This document shows, in pieces, positions 19,401 through 28,760 of a stretch of DNA of 64,000 nucleotides. Every line of letters begins with the position of its first letter. The first letter of the stretch is position 1. Made by a program: the position numbers and the translations under genes. The notes below the pieces were generated by a model, which did no database searches, was not told where the DNA came from, and saw only the letters and a list, made by a program, of their open reading frames with translations. The stretch is from the IMG/VR virus record IMGVR_UViG_3300042289_000986, positions 1 through 64,000 of that record; one strand, 5' to 3'.

Positions 19401-21851
19401 AGAAACATCTGTTTTATTTTTTCTAAATGAACTTCTATTATAAGTGTATCTTCTTCCTGTTTTTAAAATAAATGGTGTGTTCGTAGCATTTTTCCATTTA
19501 CCTCTCCCCCACCCAATAGGTTTATCATTTAAACTTAATCCGTCTGGATTGTTTTCGTTTAATTGATAAAAAGCAAATTGAGGACTTTGTGAATAATCTA
19601 AATTTCTAGAATCTTTCCATGTGTTTATTGCAAAATCAACACCAACACCATCAGGATCTGCAAAAATAAAATCCGTCATTGCATTATAATCCGTGAAATG
19701 ATCTCCAATGTGTCCTATTGGTGAAAATATAATTGATTTACAATTACATTCTTTCCAATAATCTTTTGTGAAAATTGGAGTTGTATTTAAATAATCTTGA
19801 TCTCCATAATAGTTATGTGATTTTTTCCCATATGGACAGTAATCAGCATGTTCTATAAATTTTATTACTTCATCTAATCGCGTGTCTCTATCTCCCCAAA
19901 CAAACGATATTTTTTCTGATGGATTAATTTTTGTGAATAAACCGAATTGGACCGGACCATCAACATATTCTGCACATTTATCTGCTGATGTAAAATAAAC
20001 TTGGGTACTATCAGTGTAGTAATCCATGACATTCAACCCTTGAGTACCAAGCCAAGCAGCTTCAATGGGTTCTGATGATTTATTGCTTAATTTATAAATT
20101 ACATCGGATTCTTCAAAAGTTCTTCCCGCAACTGCTCCTTGCATTGTTTTAGGTACGTTTACCTCAGATAACAGAATTGGTAAAGCAGTATCTTTTTGAA
20201 TTGTAATTGGAAGATTTGGTAAATTGTTTATCTTTAAAACTGGCCAAAGAAAATTATTTATACCAGTTTCAACTGGCAAGTCTGTATTTTGAAATTTATA
20301 TAAAAACGATTCTTCAATCGGTGTTCGATTTACTTCATCATAAACAGCGAGAGTTTCAGTTTGTTTTTGATATTTTGTAATAGTGTCCGCTTCATTAGAA
20401 AATAATCCAGCATAAGCTCCACTGTTTGATAAATTTGTTTGATTTAAATAGATGGGAGCAATAGAACAAAGAGGTAATCCTGTTGTGTAATAAGTTTGTA
20501 ATAATTCTTTTTTAACATTTGAATCAAGCAAGTTAAATTTATCAAATATATCATCACGAACATTGTATCCTAAAAAGTTATTACCTTTTGACGATAGATT
20601 AAAACCAGGAAACGGAAAAATAAAAGTTTTTTGTGTTTGTCTTTCGATTCTAATATTCATAGAATCATCTACTTGAATTATCTTTTCACCATTAAACCAA
20701 GCACCTTCAACTACACCATTTTTTTCTGTAAAAATTAAATCTGAAACATCAAAAGCAGAACCTGCGGTTGCTCCTGATTCTAAAAAGTTAGCTTCATTTA
20801 AAGGTATTGTTTCAAACGTATTGACAAACTGCAAATTATCTAAACTCTTAGTTCCACTAGGCCATAAAAACCAACTGTTTCCTTCTGGTAATTCCAGAGT
20901 TAATCTTTCATCAGGTTGATAAACATCTTTTAATCTTACAGCCGTCAAACCATAAACATTTTCACCCAAATATTTTTGTGAAGCTTCAATTTGATTATAA
21001 ATTAATGCTGATAAAGAAGATAGTGATGAAGTATCGGTTAGTGTATTGTTTTGAACAAAGCTGTAATTTGCTAATCGAAATGGAAGTTCTGAATTTAATT
21101 CCCCATCATCTTCTCTAATTTCATTTGTCACATATTCTGCAAACAATCTAGACAGAGGATTTTCTGATATTCTTGGTAGAAATCTTGTAGAAAGAATGCC
21201 TTTTATCTCATCGGAAGAAAACCCCTCAAATGGTGTTGTATTAACAAGACTTGCAACATCAACATATTCGTTAATATCAACATCTGGATCGGAATCAAAA
21301 TATGTATTAGCATCATGCAATTCCTCGACTTCAATAAAAAAATTATCTTTTACTGCTGATAAGTCAGGAAATAAATTTAAAATTGGAGATGCAGGAACTT
21401 GTGTAATTGACCCTTCAGTGTTTGTGAATCCTCTTAGTATATATTCATATAAAAGTCTTTCTAAAGCATTGTTAGAACCGACTAAATTATATCTAAGTTT
21501 TGCTTCTTTAACGGCTTCTCTTTTTCTGGATAAGACTATTGATATTTCTTTTAATTTTTTGGCAAAAAACGGGATAGCAAAAATTAATTCTTCTTCGTTT
21601 TTGTAATCAATATCTGCTAAAAATTGATCTTTTTCTTTTTGACCAAAAAGAAAACTTAAGTCCTTTACAAGTTGAATATAATTTTGTTTTAAAGAATCTT
21701 TAAATTCGTTTTTTTCTAATCCTTTGGTAGCATACCAACTAATTAGATATTCATTATATTTTTGTCTAGCTATAGCAGAATTTAAAGTATCCTGATTAGC
21801 TACCCATTCCTTATAAGGTAAAGGTATATTAGTATCAAAAGAAACTGCCAT
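16410..21851 (-). CDS. Very large virion protein with vWA domain and C-terminal LamG-like domain
   Basis: DLVVLVDQSKSQ MIDAS-like motif, ILILTNG, and C-terminal CAIMEIFIFKRFL. Confidence 0.7.
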   Translation of the reverse strand: MAVSFDTNIPLPYKEWVANQDTLNSAIARQKYNEYLISWYATKGLEKNEFKDSLKQNYIQLVKDLSFLFGQKEKDQFLADIDYKNEEELIFAIPFFAKKLKEISIVLSRKREAVKEAKLRYNLVGSNNALERLLYEYILRGFTNTEGSITQVPASPILNLFPDLSAVKDNFFIEVEELHDANTYFDSDPDVDINEYVDVASLVNTTPFEGFSSDEIKGILSTRFLPRISENPLSRLFAEYVTNEIREDDGELNSELPFRLANYSFVQNNTLTDTSSLSSLSALIYNQIEASQKYLGENVYGLTAVRLKDVYQPDERLTLELPEGNSWFLWPSGTKSLDNLQFVNTFETIPLNEANFLESGATAGSAFDVSDLIFTEKNGVVEGAWFNGEKIIQVDDSMNIRIERQTQKTFIFPFPGFNLSSKGNNFLGYNVRDDIFDKFNLLDSNVKKELLQTYYTTGLPLCSIAPIYLNQTNLSNSGAYAGLFSNEADTITKYQKQTETLAVYDEVNRTPIEESFLYKFQNTDLPVETGINNFLWPVLKINNLPNLPITIQKDTALPILLSEVNVPKTMQGAVAGRTFEESDVIYKLSNKSSEPIEAAWLGTQGLNVMDYYTDSTQVYFTSADKCAEYVDGPVQFGLFTKINPSEKISFVWGDRDTRLDEVIKFIEHADYCPYGKKSHNYYGDQDYLNTTPIFTKDYWKECNCKSIIFSPIGHIGDHFTDYNAMTDFIFADPDGVGVDFAINTWKDSRNLDYSQSPQFAFYQLNENNPDGLSLNDKPIGWGRGKWKNATNTPFILKTGRRYTYNRSSFRKNKTDVSQSPYLIVKYPYKKVLGYIYSDQPIDLVVLVDQSKSQLLDLPTVKEILVGLIQNFLGKNKLDIQISFITFGTTASVLTYLSKDQAMMDLYLTSINVPEDPQEQFTNVYDALQLAQFILNYPSTETEFLNIRNLCSKLNYTIANPILQPQAFNIPNPRAQKKILILTNGDINILQGTTDEMFESESDKFEAEKRTLDLADTIKKQNVDIYVSDIGEYNTQSQEFSIKLASRRSLYFNLKRYLVSGDGKPEDFVEYVAYRLNNQVPLAPSWNKAIRSVEGGWVGINDASDMFLNPGDYLIYVHQGNVIYRSTGVGKDFTTPALDFTINMKLDGWDYVNNYFTLSAVGPFYGGKPFWAKVYTNIDTKNNFNKETYKFSGNPRYIKDYVRVTQPEISTMLLKNGDELVYKRYLNQNLTWNQPFTFNVTLSPLTWKKIKFTKELSSLKDLIKNNPYEYVAEITEEPSDIILESYSSFNPSYYNYYARKSFTYNQDLFLNKRCEETFVVYNTAATIVPDEPYANLSNVHFPTVATVPIPINAVSKKQVGEYLLPDKLGVSTYRGKGYTITIDNDNLSMIDEKSERLFLDLGKYGPRNRGLTKKDQITPTKISSIDSRWMYEPYGRGKRSGIIDETVENQKFTPYQTTYEIEKEHKFGVSRTTDLFQFWTPPIPPTWNQPDLYPLTFRKELTPENYEKRKERLLVNEGELVEWRTDLFGYDYGLYKQTIPSSLPNLDIWFKSDFGTLNNVNPNINAVNGEPITRWLNKKGGISHFESYKSLFSTEAPILTSNYINGKPALYFNGNASMLFPYLLTNQNELTIFVVGQFLNVGTTFAQQNYQPMVSISLSSGLNYQAQYFDNETFSLYSEYGNNAFGYGNSYLDSVSPTISGTPIKLNYSKDGIAELQFTNNKVNLFEFSFRNGFSETFINKQYYLNTTDYGKSLNLPLYSSVGINNSGGLWIGSYGGGQYPTECAIMEIFIFKRFLTNKEKIDMRNYIFKEYNL

Positions 21852-21891
21852 AGTTTAAATATTTACTGAAAAAATACTTATATACTATGTT

Positions 21892-22200
21892 TTATGTTGT
21901 CTTTGGATTATTATCTTTGACTTGTTTTATAGATTTATAAAAATCAGAGTTTTGATCCAAAGTTCCTCCCGAATTAATCGTATGCCAAATCATATCTAAT
22001 TGATCAGATATAGCTGGATAATCTTTCATACGACGAAATTTATACATATTTCTTTCTTGTATTTCTTTTGCTTTTAATTCTAGTTGTTCTTTTGTTACTG
22101 GAGCAACCGTTGGTTCAATCCATTCAATTTTATCATTATTAACATTGACAATTGCATTTGGAACCAATTCTTGTATGGCTTGTGCTAGTGCTATATTCAT
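21892..22200 (-). CDS. Tail fibre chaperone-like small protein
   Basis: RMKDYPAISDQLDMIWH...IKQVKDNNPK motif. Confidence 0.7.
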   Translation of the reverse strand: MNIALAQAIQELVPNAIVNVNNDKIEWIEPTVAPVTKEQLELKAKEIQERNMYKFRRMKDYPAISDQLDMIWHTINSGGTLDQNSDFYKSIKQVKDNNPKTT

Positions 22201-22203
22201 AAA

Positions 22204-23094
22204 TTATACCATTACTTCTGTAGCAGACATTATAGTTGGCGTCATAACATATTGGTTTGATGGTGTGTAAACATAAGCTGCCCAGTAATAAGACAATCCG
22301 ATATATGTGTATGCACCACCACCACTACCATTTGAAAAATAAAGAAAATATTCAATGTTATCACCAGCATTTGCTGATATGTCTTGATCCCACACATCAA
22401 TGTTGATCATGTTACCAGTATATCCCCAAGAATAATCTGCTTGATGGGTTGCTAAAAAATTTACATATGGTGGAGATGTGTTGAATTGTGAATGTAAAAA
22501 GGTATCACCAACACCATTAATTCTACGCATTATTGTTACGTAAGGCCAACTAGAATAAGAACCCAACATAAAATTTGCTTTTACGTTAAAAACGCTTCCC
22601 GTTTTTTGTGCTTGAATTGGGACTGAAAAACCAGTATATACGAAATTTGTGTTATTAGTATATGCTAAAAAGTTAGCTTGACTTACATTCTGATTTAAAA
22701 TAGCTCCAGCATATCCCATGTTAGAAGGAGCAATACCATCATCAGCGATTTTAATAGCATTAACTGAACCATCAGCCAACATAAGATTGTTGATGCCTTC
22801 ATTTTTTACAATAATATTTAAATTACTTGCTTCTTCAAATGTTTCTAAACCACCACCAGCACTTAATGTATTGAATTGTAAAGTTGTTCCTTGTGTACCA
22901 TTTACTGCATTAACAGTTCCTTTAAAAATTTTTTCACCTGCTCCCAAGTTAAATGCACTTTTTACACCAGACATTGCTTGATAAAAAGCATTACCAGCAA
23001 CTTTTCGAGTTCTATTATTTCTTACAACCACAAATTGATCGTTAGATTCAACTGTGGATAATTCTATTAATTCGGGTATTCTAACACCTGCCAT
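22204..23094 (-). CDS. Short tail fibre-like protein
   Basis: LADGSVNAIKIADDG repeat and C-terminal head domain; exact TATAAATA upstream. Confidence 0.65.
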   Translation of the reverse strand: MAGVRIPELIELSTVESNDQFVVVRNNRTRKVAGNAFYQAMSGVKSAFNLGAGEKIFKGTVNAVNGTQGTTLQFNTLSAGGGLETFEEASNLNIIVKNEGINNLMLADGSVNAIKIADDGIAPSNMGYAGAILNQNVSQANFLAYTNNTNFVYTGFSVPIQAQKTGSVFNVKANFMLGSYSSWPYVTIMRRINGVGDTFLHSQFNTSPPYVNFLATHQADYSWGYTGNMINIDVWDQDISANAGDNIEYFLYFSNGSGGGAYTYIGLSYYWAAYVYTPSNQYVMTPTIMSATEVMV

Positions 23095-23110
23095 ATTTTA
23101 TATTTATACT

Positions 23111-23356
23111 TTAAAGTAAAATTTCAGCATCACCAGTATCAAGATTTGCTAAAATTGTTTCTAAATTAAAGGAATCACTTTCTGGCGTATATAACTTAAG
23201 TCTTGGAGTTTCTTTTGTTAAATTTATCAATGTTTCGTCAACCACTTGTAAATCTCTTTGGCATGGTTGTATTTCACCATTATATATTGGAAAAAAACCA
23301 TTTTTAGTGTTTAATCCAGCCATATATGTGTAAAGAAACCTAATATTTGAATTCAT
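23111..23356 (-). CDS. Hypothetical protein
   Basis: Start reassigned to MNSNIRF, behind TAAATA. Confidence 0.5.
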   Translation of the reverse strand: MNSNIRFLYTYMAGLNTKNGFFPIYNGEIQPCQRDLQVVDETLINLTKETPRLKLYTPESDSFNLETILANLDTGDAEILL

Positions 23357-23404
23357 CTTATAATATTTATTTGATTTGCGCTTTTTTTCATGTATTATGC
23401 TTAC

Positions 23405-24160
23405 ATGATTAATATTAAATTTTTGACACAAAAAAAAGAATTATTAGAATTTATTGAAAAGCCTTTTCCAGCCAAAAAAATTACACCCGAATGGTTAAAG
23501 AAAATGGGATCATTTCACCCATCAGATATTAAAATCGATGAAATGGGAGATCCTTTGACTACCATTAAAAAATGTATGCCCTTTAATGATGCTAGAACAG
23601 CAGGTTATTTTATTCCATTACCTTGTGATGTATATGTGGAAAGAAACCCACAATTACACATAAAGTGGTCCAGCGACCAATTTGAATTGATTGGTATGCA
23701 CCATAATTGGCAATTTGATGAATACCCCATCCCAAAAGGTTATGAAACAGAAGTTGCATTTAAATGGCTTAATCCTTGGATTATAAAAACACCCAAAAAT
23801 TGGTCTTGTTTATATACACACCCAATTCATTTTGATGAATTACCGTTTCAATCTTTAACTGGATTGGTTGATACTGATAAATTTCCATATCCTGTTAATT
23901 TTCCATTCTTATTAAAAGATGATTTTGAAGGACTTATACCAAAAGGAACTCCATTTATTCAAGTTATCCCATTTAAAAGAGAGAAGTTTGTTTCAACTTA
24001 TTCTTATGATGATGGAAGATATCAAAAACTTTGGTTAAAAGCCAGAACAGTATTTTTTGATAGATACAAAAAATTCTTTAGAACACCCAAAGAATTTTTA
24101 GAAGGTGATGTTGAAAAACCAAAGTGTCCATTTGCTTTTTTACATAACAAAAAAGACTAA
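23405..24160 (+). CDS. Conserved phage protein (KKCMPF..A..AGY family)
   Basis: TIKKCMPFNDARTAGY, GLVDTD and KGTPFIQVIPFKR motifs. Confidence 0.65.
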   Translation: MINIKFLTQKKELLEFIEKPFPAKKITPEWLKKMGSFHPSDIKIDEMGDPLTTIKKCMPFNDARTAGYFIPLPCDVYVERNPQLHIKWSSDQFELIGMHHNWQFDEYPIPKGYETEVAFKWLNPWIIKTPKNWSCLYTHPIHFDELPFQSLTGLVDTDKFPYPVNFPFLLKDDFEGLIPKGTPFIQVIPFKREKFVSTYSYDDGRYQKLWLKARTVFFDRYKKFFRTPKEFLEGDVEKPKCPFAFLHNKKD

Positions 24161-24169
24161 ATATTAATA

Positions 24170-24724
24170 ATGCATAAATTTGATACTGTTATTAATGAAT
24201 TTTTGGGTAGTTTGGCATCTGCTGCTGGTTCGGCTTTAAAAGCCGCTGAAGACCCATCATTCTTGGGACAAACTATTAAAAACTATCAAACAGAAAAAGG
24301 AAAAAAAGAAGGTCAACCATACGGTGTAAACAATCAACCAAAACCTGGTGACATTGCCATTTATCAACAAAACCCAGAAGTTACCGCACACATTGATACA
24401 AAGGTTGCTACTGCCCCATATAAAAAAGAAAATGTAGAATTTTTAGAAGGACAGTTTCAAGTTACATTGATGACACCTGATCGTAAAACTTCACCATATT
24501 CTTTTGTTAAAACAGAAAACAATCCTGATTGGCGAATAGAAAAAGATGAAATCATTCGACGTAACGAAAGTGCTCCTCCGAAAAAACAAGATTTTGTTTT
24601 AACTGAAACTGACCCCAGAACACAAAGACCAGTTCGTCAACAGTTTAAGACAATGGTCGTTGGTAAAAGTACCAAGTTTCCAAATTGGTCAAGTTATAAA
24701 GCTTACGTTAAATCACAAAAATAG
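24170..24724 (+). CDS. Hypothetical protein, possible internal head protein
   Basis: MHKFDTVINEFL N-terminus; TAAATA upstream. Confidence 0.55.
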   Translation: MHKFDTVINEFLGSLASAAGSALKAAEDPSFLGQTIKNYQTEKGKKEGQPYGVNNQPKPGDIAIYQQNPEVTAHIDTKVATAPYKKENVEFLEGQFQVTLMTPDRKTSPYSFVKTENNPDWRIEKDEIIRRNESAPPKKQDFVLTETDPRTQRPVRQQFKTMVVGKSTKFPNWSSYKAYVKSQK

Positions 24725-24757
24725 TTGATTTTTAACTTCACTATAATAAATTAAAAT

Positions 24758-24958
24758 ATGCATTCACAAATCGTTAAAATTTCTTTCGATAAACCAATCT
24801 TTGATTTTTCTAGAAGAGAAAAATTTGTTAATACTCAAATTCAAAAAAACATAGATTTGTTTAATCATAACGGATTTATTGTTTTAGAGCATAATATCTT
24901 AACTAAAAATGATTCTTATGCTTCCGTTGAATTTAAACTTAAAAGAATGGTAGGTTAA
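24758..24958 (+). CDS. Hypothetical protein
   Basis: Short ORF with an upstream promoter-like sequence. Confidence 0.5.
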   Translation: MHSQIVKISFDKPIFDFSRREKFVNTQIQKNIDLFNHNGFIVLEHNILTKNDSYASVEFKLKRMVG

Positions 24959-26043
24959 TTTTTGCGCCATATCCACAAAGGCTCAACAAATATTCCTTCT
25001 TTGTGAGATTTGCTATTAATTCTTTTAGCCATCCTATAGTTTAAATTTTCTTCTTTGCTTGAATTTGGGAGACTAGATATAAAATCATTCATAGGATCGC
25101 ATATACGATTGATGGTATGATTACAATACACATCACTAATATTGATTGCCAGTATACCGTTAGGTTTTAATTTATTCCAACAATCATTTAAAGTTTTAAA
25201 TAAAAACTTTTCGAGCCACACATCAATTTTTTTATATCTTTTCCAACTTTGATTTTCTTCTTGTGTGTATCTTTCAACAATAAAGTATGGTGGACTTGTA
25301 AAAATAGTATCATAGTTACTTTCTAATTTTTCTACAGTTTCTTCCGCAGCACCAACAATCATTTTAATTTCTTTGTTTTGATTGAATGTTTTTATTTGTT
25401 GGTTATATCCTTCAACCAAATTTTGATTTGGATCTATACCAGTATAACTTTTGATATTTTCAGTTACCATCGCACCTGAAAGTCTATCACCCCAACCAGA
25501 ACTAAAATCTAATACATTTTCTGAATTGAATATTTCATATATTGCTTTTGCAGCAGATGGACGAAATTGTGAAGCTATATACTTTCTCATAGCTATACAA
25601 CTTCTTAGAATGTCTGTATTAACTTCTTTTACTTTTAATCCCCACAAAGCATTGCAAAGAGTATAAAAGAATTTTTTTTGTGTCCAATTTCGATATGGTG
25701 ATGGTGAATTAATACAATCACAATGATATCTTAATTCTTGATGAAAATAATTTGATGATTTATTCCCAACATTACATGAGTCTATATACTTGGTTCCCAA
25801 ATCCCACTTGTATTCATATCGAGAAAAAAGACTTGATTCTTTAATTAAGATTTTTGTGTTTAATTCCTTTAGTTTTTCAAAATCTTTCTTGCAATCTTCT
25901 TCAGAAATGTTTACCATAGGCATAGAACAATTTCTTGTTTTATTCCAAATGATTTCTTTTATTTCATCAGACGGTTTTGGATACTTTAAAAGTATATCAG
26001 ACCATTCTGATTCGGTAAAAATTTGCATATACCAATTATCCAC
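24955..26043 (-). CDS. DNA (amino) methyltransferase-like protein
   Basis: VLDFSSGWGDRL SAM-binding motif and FTSPPYF catalytic motif. Confidence 0.8.
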   Translation of the reverse strand: MDNWYMQIFTESEWSDILLKYPKPSDEIKEIIWNKTRNCSMPMVNISEEDCKKDFEKLKELNTKILIKESSLFSRYEYKWDLGTKYIDSCNVGNKSSNYFHQELRYHCDCINSPSPYRNWTQKKFFYTLCNALWGLKVKEVNTDILRSCIAMRKYIASQFRPSAAKAIYEIFNSENVLDFSSGWGDRLSGAMVTENIKSYTGIDPNQNLVEGYNQQIKTFNQNKEIKMIVGAAEETVEKLESNYDTIFTSPPYFIVERYTQEENQSWKRYKKIDVWLEKFLFKTLNDCWNKLKPNGILAINISDVYCNHTINRICDPMNDFISSLPNSSKEENLNYRMAKRINSKSHKEGIFVEPLWIWRKN

Positions 26044-26113
26044 ATAAACAAATGAATGTCAAAGAAATTAAAAAACTATTGACAATTTCTTTGGTATAAA
26101 TAAACTAACAAAC

Positions 26114-26689
26114 ATGCCTAAAAGGAAAAAACGCAAAACACCCGTCAAACGCACCAAGGTTAAATCATACAAATATGAACAACCAGTTCATGTTGAAAAG
26201 AAATATCCTGTAGATCAGTTTGAGGATTTAAAGGGTTGGATGGAATATTATAAACAACATAATAAATTTCCATACAAACAAATTCTTTGTTGTAAATGTC
26301 ACACGGGATTTGCATCGATGAAAGGACTAGGTTGGAAGAAAGCCTTTGAAAGATGTGATGGTGATGCCATGAGAGTTTTAAATGAAACCTATTGCAAAGA
26401 TTGTAGGGAAGTTCAACCAAAAGAAAAGAAAGTAAAAGTTCTTACTAGGGAAGAAATGGAAGCCAGAGCAGAAGAAATTCGTCGCAATCTACCAAAGATA
26501 GATTTACACAAAGAAAGACAAGTTATTGACCTTAGAAAAGACAAAGCAGCTTGTGAGGAACACACACGATTTGCATGTATGCGCCCTGACATTTATCTTG
26601 ACAATGATAAGACTTGCGACTATTGTAGTATAAACAAATGGTGTGCTTGTCCCATCAAAAAGTTTTCAAAACAATATAAAAATAAATGA
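26114..26689 (+). CDS. Basic Cys-rich zinc-binding protein
   Basis: CCKC, CKDC and CDYC...CAC motifs. Confidence 0.6.
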   Translation: MPKRKKRKTPVKRTKVKSYKYEQPVHVEKKYPVDQFEDLKGWMEYYKQHNKFPYKQILCCKCHTGFASMKGLGWKKAFERCDGDAMRVLNETYCKDCREVQPKEKKVKVLTREEMEARAEEIRRNLPKIDLHKERQVIDLRKDKAACEEHTRFACMRPDIYLDNDKTCDYCSINKWCACPIKKFSKQYKNK

Positions 26690-26845
26690 ACATTACTGAA
26701 AAACTGTTGATTATATTGATACTTGTAAGTGCTTTAAATTCTGTTACAATTATTTCATTAGAAAACAAATTAAAAAGTGTGGAGAAAATGGCTTCAGAAT
26801 ATTTTGCGCCCATTCCAGACTACGACATTCAAGGAGAACCCCAAG

Positions 26846-27076
26846 ATGGAAGAACTAAATAAACCAGTAACAAACCCCCAAGGTCCATACAGAATTAAAT
26901 TAACATATAAAGGAATCGATTGTCACATTCAGATGAAAAGCATTAGTGAGTGTGAATTTGATATTCGAGTAAAAACAAAACAAAAAATGACGGAATCTGA
27001 TTTGTTTGGGCTTAAAGAATATTTGGATGCCGAAGGCTTTACTAATGAGGCTAGAAAACATAATCTTATGTGGTAA
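26846..27076 (+). CDS. Hypothetical protein
   Basis: Internal ATG (MEELNK) chosen as start. Confidence 0.5.
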   Translation: MEELNKPVTNPQGPYRIKLTYKGIDCHIQMKSISECEFDIRVKTKQKMTESDLFGLKEYLDAEGFTNEARKHNLMW

Positions 27077-27084
27077 GTGATTAT

Positions 27085-27384
27085 ATGAGTGAAAAATGCT
27101 GCCAAAACAAAAAAGACTGTTGTAAGAACCAACCACAACAACAAAACTTAAACGACTATATGAAATTGGGTTTTTCTTTTTGGCTTACGCTAGTTTTTGT
27201 AGGACTAAAACTATTCGGTGCAATTGATTGGTCTTGGTTGTGGGTTCTTTCTCCACTATGGATTGGATACGGCTTTATTTTTGTTTTAATTATGAGCTAT
27301 GTTTTCTTATCAGCTTTGACAAGACAAACCGCAAGACTCAAATTCAAGATTACAAAAAAACAAAAAGAAAAAGCAGAAGATTAA
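27085..27384 (+). CDS. Small membrane protein (IDWSWLWVLSPLW family)
   Basis: LKLFGAIDWSWLWVLSPLW transmembrane motif. Confidence 0.7.
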   Translation: MSEKCCQNKKDCCKNQPQQQNLNDYMKLGFSFWLTLVFVGLKLFGAIDWSWLWVLSPLWIGYGFIFVLIMSYVFLSALTRQTARLKFKITKKQKEKAED

Positions 27385-28760
27385 AGAGCAGCTTCAATAC
27401 CTTGTAAATGATTTTCCCAAGCTCTTTCATGAAGAGCCAAGTATCTTTTCATTTCTCTTTCTTCTAATACAGCTTCTAAATCTTCAGGCATTTCTCTATC
27501 TAAATCTTCGGCCATAATGTTCAGATAATCATTTTTTCTTTCCTTTGACAGCTTAACAAAAGTCTTGGCTGGAATATTATAACCTGCCGAAATGTATTCG
27601 TACTGATCCATTTGACTTAAATTTAAAAACTGCTCTTCCTCAAAATATCTAGCTAATCTTTCTAGCTTTACCATCTTATTTTCTTCTTCATTTGACAATG
27701 GTTTATATTTGAAATATCCTTGTTTTCCTTTTAATTCAGGCATCCAGCTTTCAATCGTTGACCAAGGTTCAGCCGTTCTAGTACCATTTGGCGCGGGAGT
27801 TAAAGCATATTGTCCATCGCGTGTCACACCGATTGCTGTAATAACATATGGGTCATTAGCTACCGCTTCTGATCCTTTGGTTTCTTTAAATCCTGTATTT
27901 CTTTTTTTAGACCATGTGTAATAAAAAGTCCATTTTTGATACGTTCTATAACTCATGAACATATTAGTACCACCCCCAACTATTGACCATGTTGTACACC
28001 AGTTAGCGGGTCTTTTCCCATCTGGTGTTCTTACATCATTCATGTCAATCAATGCATTTCCAATGCTAATAGCTTCATTTGTGTTAGCAACATACCAAAT
28101 TGCAACTTCATCGTCATTGTAAACTGGTTTTTTTGTTATGTTTACTTTGGCTCCAACATCAACCTTATCTTCACTTTCAATGTGTTGATGAAGAAATTCG
28201 GTTAATTCAACATAACTTTTATATTTTGAAACATCTTCCGATCCCTCGATGCCTTGTTCTTTTAATTCGACAAATTGTTCATAAGCATCTACAACATCTT
28301 TTGGTAAAAGAGTTCTTTTTCCATCATTTATCCATTTTGCAACAATAGAAGCTTCTATTTTGGGTGCTGCGGGATCTAATGTCAAAAGTCTATTTGCTTC
28401 TTGTCTGTCGGGTACAAATTTTAAAACTTCGACAGAATTTAAATCACGGATTGTGACTTCAAGTTTTTCCAGACTATCAAACTGGCGGGGAAAATCTTTT
28501 GTCTGAGAATTGTTTTTATTTTTAAATTTTAAAAATTGTTTATATAAAGAAATTAAATAGTTTACATCAGGATTTTGATTAGCAAAAATAACACCCAAAG
28601 CTTGAGCATCGTTCTTTTGTCCTGTTGGATCAATTGCTATGAATTGATTTATTATTTCTTCTGGAACATTTAATGTCTTGAGTTTTTCAACAACATCTTT
28701 GGCCTTTTCAACAACAAGACCATATAAACTTTCCAGTATTATTGTGTCTTTATCTCTCAT
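27381..28760 (-). CDS. Hypothetical protein, putative internal head protein
   Basis: MRDKDTIILESLY propeptide-like N-terminus; internal IDPT/LDPA repeat; NWCTT motif. Confidence 0.6.
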   Translation of the reverse strand: MRDKDTIILESLYGLVVEKAKDVVEKLKTLNVPEEIINQFIAIDPTGQKNDAQALGVIFANQNPDVNYLISLYKQFLKFKNKNNSQTKDFPRQFDSLEKLEVTIRDLNSVEVLKFVPDRQEANRLLTLDPAAPKIEASIVAKWINDGKRTLLPKDVVDAYEQFVELKEQGIEGSEDVSKYKSYVELTEFLHQHIESEDKVDVGAKVNITKKPVYNDDEVAIWYVANTNEAISIGNALIDMNDVRTPDGKRPANWCTTWSIVGGGTNMFMSYRTYQKWTFYYTWSKKRNTGFKETKGSEAVANDPYVITAIGVTRDGQYALTPAPNGTRTAEPWSTIESWMPELKGKQGYFKYKPLSNEEENKMVKLERLARYFEEEQFLNLSQMDQYEYISAGYNIPAKTFVKLSKERKNDYLNIMAEDLDREMPEDLEAVLEEREMKRYLALHERAWENHLQGIEAAL

